From the NCBI GenBank assembly GCA_907165135.1, contig OU015567.1, positions 496,001 to 560,000 of the forward strand: a stretch of 64,000 nucleotides of DNA. The letters are read 5' to 3'. Positions 47,129-60,373 of the stretch are shown one piece after another (positions within the stretch are counted from its first letter, which is position 1; every line of letters starts with the position of its first letter). The DNA is from Oikopleura dioica. Taxonomy: Eukaryota > Animalia > Chordata. Both the position numbers and the translations under genes were made by a program. The notes under the pieces were generated by a model. It did not search any database. It was given only the letters and a program-made list of their open reading frames with translations, and had not been told where the DNA came from.

Positions 47129-49060
47129 TTAAAAATCGAGCGTTTTGAGAAGTTTTGCAAGGTCGTCCATATTTCCATCAAGCTGCTCCATAATTGGGCT
47201 TTTCGGAGGCTCCGAGTTTGGAATATCTTCTTTGGGACTTGTTTCAGGGGACTGCTCGACCCTTTTCTCCGGCAAAATTTCTAGGAAATATAAAAAATCG
47301 AAAATTTGAAAATAGAAATTTACCTTTTTTGACCGGTTTTGCTGGCTTTTTTGGTCTCGGAAGCGTGTCGTACTTTCCAAGATTCATCCCTCTCTTTGAA
47401 ATTGAACCTGTCAGGTGATACTCTCCAGGCTGATTGAACTTTTGTCTGATAGAATCGAACTTAGACTTGTGTTCTTTTTCAAATTCTTCTTGATTGTCAA
47501 AGAATCGATTGTTGTTTTCATCTTCGTTTTTACTGTCAAGAAGATCGGGCGTTTTGGGGATCAACAAGGAGGGCTGCGATTTGGTGCTACTAGATGCGAG
47601 GGAAGATTTTCGAGAAGAAGAAGAAGATGATTTTTCTGAAGTGAAAATTTTTTATCAAAAACATTGAAGAAAAACAAACCTGAATTTTGTCTTCTGTTTT
47701 CAAGATCAGCATTTTTTCTTTCAGAAGATTTCGTTTCATCAGCAATTTCTTCCTCTTTTCTCGGCAAGCATTCCATGTATACGACTCCATTATCTTTCTT
47801 CCTGATAATTTCCGAGCTCGACCTCGATCTGTCCCCATTTGACTGGCTCCTCTCTTCTGACTGAACTTCTCGACCCTGAACGCTTGAACTAGCGACCGAG
47901 TTGGAACGAATGCTTTTGATCGAAGAACTCGAACGGGAAGGAGCTGGTGAACTTTGGCTGGCGATTGAACTTTGACTTTTTGAAGCGGCTATTGACTTGT
48001 GGCTTTGTAGAGATTTAGCGGGAAGCTCAGGTGTTGTTGACCGCGGCGATTCTTCGAGACAGGAAGATTTTGAAACTGGAGAAGGGTCACTGCCAAAGCC
48101 TCAGAAATTTCTCAGAAAAACTAAAAAGGTAAATATTTGAGAGGCTTTTCTTGAAGAAAAAGATTTCGAAGATCTGATTAATTTCTCTGGCAAAATCGGC
48201 GCTGGCGGTAAAGTTTCTTCAGCTTCTCCGTAGTTTTGGTTGAAAAATGAGTTCTTCATCGTTTCATTTATTCTTGACTCGTCTTTGATTTCGTTTGAAG
48301 AATTCGGGCTCTAGAATTTCATCATGATCGAAAGTTTGTCAAAGCAGATTACCTGTGAAGAATTTGAATAAGAAAAATTTCGTGGTGGTTTTTTAATTGA
48401 GTTACTCGTTCGTTGAACTGGAATCTGCTCGATGAAGACATCATTTTCATCCTTTTCTTCGCGGTTGATTTTTCGACTCTCCTGGATAGTCGATGGCCCA
48501 GTTTCAGAACCGAAAAAGATGTTCGCCGGGGAAATTTGATGATTTTCATTTTTCGGCGGGAGGACTAAAATTCTCGAATTTAAAACCATATTTAACTAAA
48601 AATATTTACCTGGTGGTAGTGGACTCTCTTCGTGATTCTCCTCGTTGATATCATCCCTCTTCAGCGGAGTCGACATTTCAAGCGGCAATCTCGGCGTAAT
48701 ATCAACATGAGATCCGACGACAGAATATGGATTTTCATCATGAATTGAGTCCGCCGAAGATTCTGTTTTCGAGCGAGTCGAGTTCGACCGCGTCGATCTT
48801 TTTGACATGATACTTGCAGGGCCACTTCTGGAAGGAACTTGAAGATTTCGAGGTGGAACGCGAGGAGCAGAGTTGACGGATGTGACGATCATTCGGCGGA
48901 TTGGGAGGAAGTGATTCGTGATTTCGTAGCGGCGGAGATCCTGGATTCTAGAAGCAAGAATTATTGGTGATGACCATAAGCGGAATTTTCAATGCAAAAT
49001 TTAGGCTTTTCAAGGTTATTTCCCATTGAATTTATTCAAAAAATACCATTTGCATTTGTC
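47129..49060 (-). CDS. Ser/Pro-rich low-complexity protein
   Basis: Multi-exon open frames (RVPPRNLQVPSRSGP.., MECLPRKEEEIAD.., PIMEQLDGNMDDLAKLLKTLDF*); start approximate. Confidence 0.6.
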
Positions 49061-49203
49061 CTCGCAATATAAATTCTACAGAAAATATTGAGCTGTTGAA
49101 AATTGAATTCATTCTGAAAACAGAAAACAAATATCACACATTTGGCGCATCATCAGTCCACAAAACCGCCGTCAAGTTACGTTTGACCTGAATTTTGCGA
49201 AAG

Positions 49204-50185
49204 ATGGTTGAATATCTTTTCAAAACCCTTGTTATTGGAGACATCGGGGTAGGAAAAACCTCACTGATAAAGAGATACGTTCATCATGTGTTCGGAAGCA
49301 CCTACAAGAAACGGGCCCGGAAAATGAGGAAAAAATAGGCATTCAAAAAGAGAGAGCCCAGGAAAAGCCAACGATAGGAGTCGATTTCGCTTTGAAAGTC
49401 ATCAACTGGGACTCAGAAACGATCATCAGGCTTCAACTCTGGGACATTGCGGGTCAAGAAAGATTCGGGACGATGACGAGAGTTTATTACAGAGATGCGG
49501 TGGCAGCATTCATCGTTTTTGATTTCAGGGCTCAACAAATTCTCAATAAATGGAAAGAGCTTGATTTGAGCCCAGGATAGATATAAACAGGAACACGACT
49601 TTTGAAGGCGTCCGAAAATGGAAAGATGATCTTGATAGCAAAGTTATGCTCGCTGATGGATCAAAGGTAGTAAGATCCAGTCCCTTTTGATCACCCTTTT
49701 AGATCCCATGCTTCCTTTTGGCGAACAAAATCGACATGCTGGAGGAAAGCGAAGTTGATGCAAAAAAGGCGCAACTTGACGATTTTGTTGCAGAAAAAGA
49801 ATTTGCGGGCTGGTTTCCTACTTCGGCGAAAGAAAATAAGAATATCGATCGAGCTGCTACAGAGCTTATACGGTAAAATTAAATATATACAAAACCGTAA
49901 TATTGATTTTAAGAATCTATTAATAGATTTTCTTAATACCTCGATGATCGATATCTTTAATTAAGCTTGATCAAGAAAAGTTTGTTTCGGTAGAGGAACC
50001 ATAAAACACTGTATCCTATTATATGATTCATATTCTAATGAATCTTTTACCGTTATTTTTATAAGTTTTTAATTTTAAGTACGATTTTGGACAACGAGAA
50101 GCGTCTTTCTCCCCCTACTATTGACGATGATGTTATCGACATCCGCTCAAACAAGCCAACATCGCCTGAAAAGCAGTGTTGCTAA
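49204..50185 (+). CDS. RAB32: Rab32/38-family small GTPase
   Basis: GDIGVGKTS, TIGVDFALKV, the diagnostic WDIAGQE, LLANK.D, TSAK, C-terminal CC. Confidence 0.92.
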
Positions 50186-51900
50186 CTGTGACATAAACTT
50201 ACATAAATTTGGAGCAAACGCCTCCACCAGTACTTTGCGTTTTCTTTGAGTCTTTCTTCGATACTGATTTTTGCAGTCTTTTGATGCTTTCTTTTGGTTT
50301 CCTCGGAGCATCATCGGCTTTTTCTTTGAACTCTTTTTGTTCTTCTTGGTTGTTGCTTGCTTCCCATCGACTTCGTTTAATACAGGAACTCCGTCCAAAA
50401 GCGCGCGGCCTTCAGGTTGGAAACAGTAATTCCGAGCTGTCATCTGGTATTTGTCCATCGCTTTAACATCAGCGCCAGCTTTGAGTAGCACCTGAAAGAG
50501 AATCGTAAATTTTTGCGAATTCGCCTTTAGCTTATCATGCCTTTAGACACTCGAGCTGGCCAAATTTTGCGGCGCAGTGTAAAGGAGTGAAGCCGGAGAA
50601 GTCGATTTTATTGACGACTTCTTTGTCCAAATCGATGATGACCTGGAGCGCTTCATGAAGTCTGAAGAAATGAGTCGTATAATTTTTTTTCACTTGTTTC
50701 AAGGGATGAATAGGTCGGTATATTGTTTAATTAAAATTATATTTTCGGTGGTATAAGAATAAAAAAGAGTGTATTGCTGGTCAAAATTGAAGGTTTATGA
50801 TATTTTCTCAAAAATAAGCTAGCTCTAGAATTTTTATCATATATTTATTAGACAGGGTATGAATCAAGAAGTTTGTTAGTATAGTTTGTTATTTTTATCA
50901 AAATATCTCTAAGAAAAAAATTATATATTTTTCAAACTTTTCAGACCATTATGGAACATAATTTATGGTTTCCAATTTTTTTTTCAAAATATTGTTTCTG
51001 TCAAATTACCCATAGCTAGCCAGGCAATGAGCGAGGGTAACACCAGTCTCCTCGTTTTTAAAATCCTTGAGTCCAGAAATAAAGCAGTTCGCCTTCTTTG
51101 TCCTTGCGATCATATTCAGCGTCATTTCGTTCAAAATTCTCGAGTGATTGCCGCGGATTACTTCTGGGTTGACTCCTTTTCGACTCGTCATTTGGCGGTT
51201 CATGGTGAGAAGCAATGGTGAGTTGTGGCGAATGTGGTTGATTGGGAAGTTTAGGTCGAAATCGACGGCGAAGACGTTGGCTTTTGCTTCGAGCAGTTGG
51301 AGCATCACGCTATTCAAGATGTTAGAATCGAAGAAATACTGTAAAAGCTAGTACCTGTAGTGATCGTGGTAGCAGGCATGATGCAGGGCAGTCCAGCCAT
51401 CCATGTCGAAAGCATCGACATTTGCTCCCGCCCTGACCAGGTGAAGAGCCAAACGAGCATGGCCAGCTGCAGCGCAGAGAATTAAGGGAGTCTCTCCGGT
51501 AGGTCCGACACAGTTCACATCAACGCCATTAGAGATAAGGTGCAGTAGTTCATCTTCGTTCCCAGCTACAATAGTTAATAAAGTGTTAATTGGCAATTCA
51601 TTTTTGAATCACGCCTATTTTTAGGGGGCGATTTCCCCTAATTGAATTCAATTATCCAGGCGATTATGAGTAATCTGTTAAATCTCTGGCTCTTTCTCGA
51701 GTTTGTAAACAAACCTCTGCAAGTATCGAGCAATAGAATGTGACCTTCGAAAGTGATCTTTGGCCGTCGCGGTCGTTTGAATCCGTCCGAGCCGTTTTCG
51801 CGTTCGATTTCTTGAATGTGCTGCCATCGCTCGATCGACACTTTTCGTGATTTTCGCGACTGAAATTGTGAATTTGTTTTTTTAATTAACTATTTTTTGA
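50147..51900 (-). CDS. Ankyrin-repeat PP1 regulatory subunit (MYPT/PPP1R12/PPP1R16-like)
   Basis: RVxF-like RRPKITF followed by ankyrin repeats (GETPLILCA, GWTALHHAC, GFTPLHCAA); both ends approximate. Confidence 0.75.
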
Positions 51901-52249
51901 TAATCTTAATTGATTTTCTACGAGATGATCTCGCTCAGATTTATTGTTCAATTATGCTGACGCAAAAATAAATAAAAACAATAAAAACACCTCCCATCAA
52001 ATTTTTCCTATTTTTATTTTTAATGCAATTCAATGAAAGACAAAAACAACCCCTTCCTAGTATTGAATTATTCGTGTTTATTGTCGAAAATCCTTATTAA
52101 AATCGAAAAAAAAAATTTAAAGAAAAAATTTTAAGAAATTTTGATAAAAATTTAGACCAATCAGATTGCCGCGATTCTCTTGTCGACCAATCAGATTTCA
52201 GAAAAAAATGTCGCGAAAAATTCGAATTATTTGATGCATTTTTTGTCGA

Positions 52250-53430
52250 TTAGAGCCAGGATCCCTTATATTTCAACATCAAAAAATGATCCTTTCATAC
52301 CTTTTCTTGAACATCCGGCTGTGAGAAATTCCTCCATAGCGCATCATTCTGGAAGCTGTCTAAAACCAAAAGGTCACTTTCTCTTCTTTCCCGGAAAAAG
52401 ATTCTTCTTCGAAAACGCTCTCTGACCAGCTCATCTCATAATTCCATTTTTTCCGAAAAAATTTAAAAAATGATGATTTCAATTATTTACACAAGGTCTT
52501 TTAGCGGATGAGTTCACAGAGCGGCTGATTTTGGATATTTTTGAACGGGCCGATGGGCTCAATTATGATGAAAAACGCGGATAGCGAGCTATTCACTTTC
52601 TCAAAATTAATCCGGCTTAGAAACTCACACACCCAAAAAGAGAGCGAATGCCACACAAAAATACAACCACAGTTGAGTTGAAAGAAGAGACTATTCTGGC
52701 AGACGACAAAATTGAAGCTGCTTTTGAAAATAGAAAAAAGTGGTTTATTGAGATTTTTCTCTTGATGAAGAGGATTTTGGATAAAGAAGAGTTTATTGTC
52801 GAGACAAAAGAAGATAAACTGTTCGGATTCTTGTCGTCTGATCGAAATATACCGACGTAGCCTGTGTAGAAAGCCAGAGTCAGGGTTCTGGAAAACCCTT
52901 GAAAAAACTGCGTAGCGCTTTCAAAATGACGATCGCAGATCCTGACTCAGGTTTTCTACATGCTAAATGGCGAACACAGCCTTTTTCAAATATTTCTTAG
53001 ATTTGATTATAATAATACTTTTTACTGGCTTGCCAGTATTATCCAGGGTATGAATCAGCCCGGCTGGTTTATGTAGCTCACAATTTGGTTAAAAATCTTG
53101 TATCAAATTAAGTATTTTTCGAAAAAAATCAATTCTTTATCTAATAAGAGCTTTTATGGTTCCAGAAAATTCATTCTAGAATCCAGAATTCTGAATTTTT
53201 CGATTTTTTTAGAAAAGACTGTTCAATGATTCCTCTCTCCGGAATTTGACTGTGAATAGAGTTTACTACTGTACTGTTATCCGGCTTATTTATCATAAAG
53301 TAAATGTTTAATTTCGCCATTGAATCCTACATCCGCCGCCGCAAAAATGCGGCTCTTTTGATACTGCCTCGATCTTGAGATTCTGCAAATACTCGGTCAT
53401 AAAAGCGATCAATAAAATTAATCCAATTTA
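52250..53430 (+). CDS. Hypothetical multi-exon gene
   Basis: Coding-like segments (GLLADEFTERLILDIFE.., ETILADDKIEAAFENRKKWF..); structure not resolved. Confidence 0.35.
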
Positions 53431-53975
53431 AGTCATTCTTGATTTTATATTGCCGTGATCGAGAAAATATTTCCCAGCGTTTTCTTTTTCTTTTTACCTG
53501 CGTCGTTCATTTTTTCTTTATTTATCTTTCTCTATTTTTTCAAGCAAAACCTAGTGAAGATTTTGAATAAAAAAAGCAATCGTCTCCCACTGGGAGAAAG
53601 AACTGTTTTGCGCCTGTATGTCTTTTGGCGCGGTTTCGCAAAAACGAAAGAAAAAGGGGCGAGAGTCCATTGGGCCTCCCGTTCGTATTTGCCCAGGAAA
53701 AATGTTTCTGTTTGCAGCCAGAAGATTAGACAGCGCACATAACTTTAAACTTCGAAAGCGGAACGCGCAGAATCTTTTTTTTTATTTGCCAAAGTTTCGG
53801 GAACAAAGAATTAATGGCTGGCAATGATCGCTAAAAATTCTCAAAGAAAATACTTTTCAGGAGATTTTTGACCCAAAAAAATTCTTTCTTGACGACAAAA
53901 ATATTTTTTGAATGATTTTATTGAGGATTAATGTACAAAGGCAAGATTGAAATTAAAATTGAACTAATAAAGAAA

Positions 53976-55536
53976 TCATACAATAGAAATTTTCTCAAAG
54001 AATTGAATTCCTTCATCTTGATCGCATGATCCAACTGCATGAAGGTTGTTATCTTCGCAACAGAATCGACCAGTTTTGTACATTGAAAAGCTTCCAGACG
54101 ATCTCTGGCAGCAGAAGAGCTCTCCACCTACTCCGGCTCCGCCGTGGACGCAATTTTCAACATCGAAATTTGCATTGGAGAGGTCAAGTTGACCGTTGTT
54201 TTCGTCTTTCAGGGCGAGGAAGGTCATTGTAAGCTGCTTATCGCACTCACAAATGGCCGTTTCAAGCTCAGTTCCAGAAGCTAAAAATGATTTGCTCGAT
54301 TCGTCGTTCGGAAATCTTTAAAAAACTTACCACAAACTTGATTTACTGGCTCTAAATACCCCGGTGTCTCAATTTCACCGCTGAAAAACACGTCCATCGC
54401 ACACTGAGAACACTTCTTCCACTTGTTGATCGCTCTATCAACCGCATCGACCGGCTGGCCCACGTTTTTCTTGAAAACATTGAAGAGATCTCGACCTGCG
54501 CAGCCATAGTTTTCGAGGAGAGAAAGGTCGAAGTTCTGGCCAAAATTGTTGAGAATCCACCAGATGATGTTGGCTCGATTTTCGGTCGAAGATGTTGTCT
54601 GCTGAGAAGTCGTGGTAACAGTTGAAGTTGTTGTCGTTGTTGATGTTGTCGTGGTTGTGGTTGTTGTGGTGGTTGATGTCGTACTGGTGGTTGTTGTTGT
54701 GGTACTAGTCGTCGAAGTCGTACTCGTTGTTGTTGTCGTAGTTGATGTCGTAGTTGTTGTTGTGGTAGAAGTTGTTGTGGTTGTGGTTGAAGTCGTACTC
54801 GTTGTTGTAGTTGTACTCGTTGTTGTTGATGTTGTACTTGTTGTAGTTGTTGTTGTTGAAGTAGTCGTTGTTGTTGCTGTGGTTGTCGTGGTTGTTGTTG
54901 TAGTTGTTGAAGTTGTAGTAGTGGTAGTTGTAGTCGTTGTAGTAGTAGTGGTCGTTGTCGTTGTGGTCGTTGTCGTTGTGGTCGTTGTCGTTGTTGTGGT
55001 TGAGGTTGTAGTCGTGGTAGTGGTCGTAGTTGTTGTAGTAGTGCTGGTTGTGCTCGTTGTTCCTGTAGGACACTCGCTTTCACAATTCGAAAATCTCAAA
55101 TCACAGCAGTTCGCAGTATTCTGAGCATTGGGAAAATTGCAGACTAAGAAGCTCTGATCCCAAACAGTCCCCGGTCCGCAATCTTTAACAGTAGTAGAGT
55201 CGTGCTCGAAGCAGTGGTAGAACTTCTGGCAGATACAGTGTTCGTAGTGGCCGTTGTTCGCTTGCCCTTGGCAGAAAGTTTCGTCAATATTTCGGCGGTA
55301 CCGGCGAAGGGGATTTTCTGTTGATGGTTTTAACGAAGCTTTTTTGAAACAAATTTGTTAAAATTATTAAAACCTTTCCTTGAGCAGAAATCAAAGCAGA
55401 AGAACTTACGATTCTTGAAACTGGATCCTGAAAAAATTTTTATTGAAAATATTTGTTAGTCGTTTCTTACAGTCGAGATAAAAAATTTCGCCTCAAGAGT
55501 CAAAAAGAAAAAGAAAAATAAAATTGTCATTTTCAT
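53976..55536 (-). CDS. Secreted chitin-binding (CBM14) + Thr-rich mucin + PLA2-like fold protein
   Basis: FCQGQANNGHYEHCICQKFYHC..DCGPGTVWDQSFLVCN; ~150-aa T/S tract; YGC..GQPVDAVD..WKKCSQC..AICECD. Confidence 0.8.
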
Positions 55537-57882
55537 TCTCTCTTATGAAAAACTCGGTCAATCGCGCGGGCTTTTATAGAAAACCGCGGCGCCCTAAGAA
55601 AAGAGAATGAAGGGAGCGTGAAATCTGTTGAACCGAGCTACCGGTGTCGAACACATAAGAATGCTCTTTCTTGAGTCATCAATTTCTTTTAGAACATAGT
55701 GGCGTGTGCTAATGCTTAAAATGATGGTCATGAAACGAGGCTTAGGAGAAAAGGAAATTTAATTATTAAGTCATGTCCAATTCGACTTTAGACAGATTTT
55801 TTAATTTCCATGACTTGAAGTTTCAAAGCCAAGGAAAATGACTCGAGATGTTCAAAGATAATACTGTATTTTTAGGGAAAGAACTGCGGGACGAATAAGG
55901 AAGAAAAAACAAACATTAAAAAGAGCTTGAATAACCAAATTTTCCGGAAGCCGAGATTTCTGACCTAATTAAGAATTCTAGCGTCGGATCTAGGCGGCAT
56001 TGCAAACTTAGAAATCACAAAAACCGCGTAGTGGTAAACTTGCGGCCATAACTAAATTTGGTCTTCATCGTTCAATCCATCCTTTTTTCCCTCAATATTT
56101 GCATACTGTCCTACCTGGTTATGTTGGATCTGGAACGCCTGGGATGCCGAAGCGAGAAACGCTAGAAAAAAGGAAATCATCTTCACTCTTTTTTTTGACC
56201 GGGAATGATGCAAAAACAGCACAGACGGCGAAGATTTATACTACGGGCGGAAAGAGCGCCACCGCTACGAGTACCGCGCCGTACCAAAAACACCGCTGCA
56301 AAATCAAATCATCAATCAAGAGTTTATTTCGTAACAACTTATGTGTTTTTCTGTAATTTTTTCTAAAGTTGTACTCCACCATTACTCAATTTTTTTGGAT
56401 AAAAATAGTCTTTGTACTACTCTCAAAAACTCAGTCAATCAGTCATGGATTCCGGATTTTCCAGGCTTGAAACACGAATTGTGAAATTCCTGATGCTTAT
56501 TTTTACATGAGCCGCCCTTAATATTTCTCAAAAGACACTTAAAAATTACGCTGACTCTTCCGAGCACGTTTAGTTATGTATTCATCATCATTAAGTACAT
56601 TCTTTTTGATCGGCTGAACATAACCATATGTTTGCTTCATATGGTTTTTCGAAGCTATCAATTTTCATTAGAAGCTCTTTTTATGTGCATATTTCCTTTC
56701 ATTTTGATGACGCAAGGACTTACCGATCGGGCGGTATTTTTATGGAGCATTATATAAACACTCCAATTTACAGCGGTTTCCTTTTAAGGGCCCTCGAGCT
56801 CCAGGTTTCTTCCTAGATTTTAGCTGGAAGTGCAGGGTTTTTCTCAGAAACTCTGAAGCAAATCAGGAAAACCAAGAAAGCGGACGAATTATGCCTAGTC
56901 AATTTGGGCCACGAAAATTCATCTGCGGTCAATATAGAAATCCACCTGACATCATGTTTGGCATCTTTTTAGCACGTTTGCACTTTTTCTTAATTTTTCC
57001 TGTTCGAAGTGGCTCTCACAAGACCTCACGATTACCCTCAATTTTAGGCTCAGTAAAGCAAAATTCCTTCTAGTGCAGCCCTTAAAAAAAGTAAACATTG
57101 AGATAACATCTGGTTCTTCAAGATTTTATTTCCACGATAAAATTTATTGATTTAAATTTTTACTTAAAAAAATTTCATCATGAAATTTCTCGGAAATTGA
57201 AATTTACTAACGAACAAAGAAATTCTTGTTTTATCTGTTTTGTTTTCTCAAGAGCGTGTTTTTTTCGTTCAAGATGCTCTTCTGGCGGTAAAGAAATTGT
57301 ACCTCAAAGGGATGTTTTCGGATCTTCGGGGGATTTTTATGAAAACATCTCAACTCGAATTTTGCCACCGTTATTCTTCTTTTTGGATTCGGAACTAAGA
57401 TACTGTTTCGAAAGAAAAAATGTTCGGAAATCGGACGGAAATTGTTCAAAGAGGAATTATCAATGTGAAGTCCATTCGAGAAAGTCATACATCATTATAA
57501 TAACAGTATGAGAATATCATCGATCAGTCACATCGATCTTATCAATTTCTTGCATCTCAAGAACATGTCTAGGCAGAGCTCATTCGACTTCCGTATTTTG
57601 GAACACAAAAAATTTGTATTTTTTTTCGTTGACGTTTTCTCAAGAATAAGAATGACGAAATTTTTCTTGCGTTCATAACAAGAATTGGCCTTCTGATAAG
57701 CCGAAAAAGGTCGCTTTAGAAAAAACTGACTGCATAGAAATGAATGACGCAGGAGTAAGTTTTCAAATTAATATATTTTCTCAAAAATAAATGTGATTTT
57801 CAGATAAGATATCAAAGAAATGGAGAAATTTTTGTTCATCGTCTTCTAAAAAATTTGTTAACTTTTACTCAATTTTGATTCT

Positions 57883-58962
57883 TTACCAATTATTTTCAAA
57901 AAACTCATGAAGAGTCCAATTGATCTCGCAATCACCGAAAGAATATTTGTATCCCCTCTTAGCGATCACGATCGCAGGAGCCATGAAAAGGACAAACACT
58001 AGTTCAAGTTCGATGGTTTGTTATTTTCTCACTAGAAATTGTTACCTGGAATAAGCGGAGGAAAAACAATAGCGGCAACGCATGAAAGTCCCCAAGCAGC
58101 GATCCAAAAAAGCGATGCGCCAACAATCCAGCTAACAAAAAAGCTGCTCCAACAACGCTCCAAGTCACCAGCCTCGCATTCTGCAAGTTTATTTCGACTT
58201 GCGAAAAAGATCGAAGGGGAAACCAAATCGAGGCAGGGGTACATGAAACCAGCTGCAATCGTGATTTTCTGCCAATCAGTTCGAATTTCGGAGCCGCATT
58301 CTTGGTCTTCCATGATTGCAAGCATTCGATCGAGGGCGTTTTCTTAATAGGATTTTTATTATCAATATTTAATCTTTGTTCAATTAACCTGCGTCTAAGT
58401 GTTGATTCGTTTGTCGATTGTTGTTGGCTTGTTCTTCATCTTTCAGAAATTTTTCGACTTCCTCTGATTCTGACTCCTCATAAGCGTAGCTATCCGACTC
58501 ATACTCGCTCGACTCATATTCCGAAAAATCGTCCTTTTCGTCATTGGGAATCGGACAGTACTCCTCAAGCTTCCCCAAATCGGTGAGCACGCGACTTTCT
58601 TTTGGAACATTTTTGTTCAAAAAACTCCAGAAGCAGTGAGACTCCTTGTTACATTTACATGCAACTTTGAGGTCATTTTCCGCGGTTTCGAACCAAGTTG
58701 TTTCGCAAGAAAGGGTGCATCTTTGACGACCGTTGACTTTACTGCACTCGGAAGTCAAACCTGCTCGAGACTCAATTGGACTCAGAGTGTTGCATTTTGT
58801 AGTCTTTTTTCGACCTGAAACCTCTTGTGATCATTCTCTCATTTTAGGATAAGAGACTCTTATTAAGAGTAATAATTAGGGTCAAAACTCTCTTTCTCAA
58901 AACTTACTAGCGCTTCCTCCAGCCGACTCAGAGCAAAGGAAAAAATATAGCAATGCTTTCAT
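57883..58962 (-). CDS. Cys-rich membrane protein sharing a domain with the 7.1-kb gene
   Basis: Signal-like MKALLYFFLC; CTLSC..VACKC..CFWSF..LGKLEEYCP; hydrophobic C-terminus; exons join in frame. Confidence 0.65.
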
Positions 58963-59137
58963 TTTTTCTCCTGCAATAAAAAGATGCTCATGAGAGGTGA
59001 GGTTTTTGCAAGATTTTATTTGCATGGATGTTAACATTACTGATCTGGTCTTTCACATAACCTCAGAATAAATATCACCCTTTGGCAATAAATCATTTTT
59101 TATCTTTATCTACTCTCATAAGTTACAAGAGAATTTT

Positions 59138-60322
59138 ATGACCGAATTCATCAACTTATATTATCACTATTGTTTAAAGCATCGTGCACCAATTCTAACG
59201 CAACGCCTCAGGCAAAGCTGTGAAAATATCAAAAGTCTAAGGGTGTTCAAAAGATTTTTTCAAAAAAAAAGAGATGTCAGATAAGTGCAAAAAGAATAAT
59301 TATGATTTATGCCTAAACGGTGCAAAATGTGATGAGAAAACCGGTCAGTGTACTTGTTCAAATGGCTGGGAAGGTAGAAGATGTCAGAGAAGTAGCTGCT
59401 TACCAGTTGAGGGGCTTTCTGAGAAAACGAAAAAGGTAATGATCTATTAGTTGAAGAAGATGTTTTGATAGAAATTTCTAGTGCGTGGATGTGGATACAT
59501 TTGTTATGCTCGCAGAAACACCTTCTATCCCCTGGAAAAAGAGCCTTGGAAATCCCATTTCCGACGATTTCATCTCCGCATCGCATTATCTAACCGGCGT
59601 CATTCACGATCTCCTCAACTCAACCCTCAATACCTTCATCGAAGCTCAAGTCACCGAGTTTTCACCTCGAACGAAAGGAATCGCTTTCCGAACAACAATC
59701 AAGCTCCAAGAAGGCCGAGCCGGTTGGGATCAATTAATCTGGTATCGCTGGATGAAAAGAGCAGTCGACTACGCTAGCATCGAATCTGGAAGAGCAGTTT
59801 TTATCGATCCAGAGAGCATTCAAGTTTTTGACGTTGACGAGTGCAAGCTAGACATTCACAATTGCGACGTCAACGCAGAGTGTTTCAATCAAGACGGAAG
59901 TTTTGAGTGCAGATGCAACGACCCTTTTGTCGACATTGCCGCGATAAATGGCAAGCGAAAGGGAACAGAATGTTTTGACGCCTGCGAAAATGCCACTGAA
60001 TATTACACTGTTGATTACTGTATGAATGATGGCGTCTGCATCAACGCCCTTGACTCATTTGAGCCAATTTGCTCTTGTCAATATGGATTTTCTGGAGAAA
60101 AATGCGAAGTTAGAACTGAAAGTTTTGCCATGGTCTTTTTGCTTTGGGTAAGAAAGTCTTTCTTGATTGCAGAAAAGAATTTCTTTTAAGGGAATCTGCT
60201 TCGTCATCGTAATTTCGACAGCCATGGTTTGCGTCTACAATGCTGTTGCGAAGAAAAAAGGACGGGTTTATGCCCTCGATAAGAAAAACTTTCTCTCCGA
60301 AGAACCAACTGTAAATGAATAA
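59138..60322 (+). CDS. EGF-SEA-EGF(Ca)-EGF single-pass membrane protein
   Basis: CLNGAKC..CTCSNGWEGRRC; SEA-like segment; DVDEC..NCDVNAECFNQDGSFECRC; TM AMVFLLWGICFVIVISTAMV; start uncertain. Confidence 0.78.
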
Positions 60323-60373
60323 GTTTTTGGCTGTATTATCAATTTGCTCACAGGAATAAATTATAGCAGGATT

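Noticed and set aside
50147-50199. Overlapping coding ends of the Rab and ankyrin genes
   Set aside because: A one-base correction in an A run near 50320 gives a stop near 50199 that removes the overlap.
54352-55124. Poly-Val, Gln-rich and Asn-rich ORFs
   Set aside because: These are alternative frames and the antisense of the Thr-mucin exon.
55850-57850. Possible multi-exon membrane protein gene
   Set aside because: There are coding-like and hydrophobic patches, but no consistent exon chain or recognisable family.
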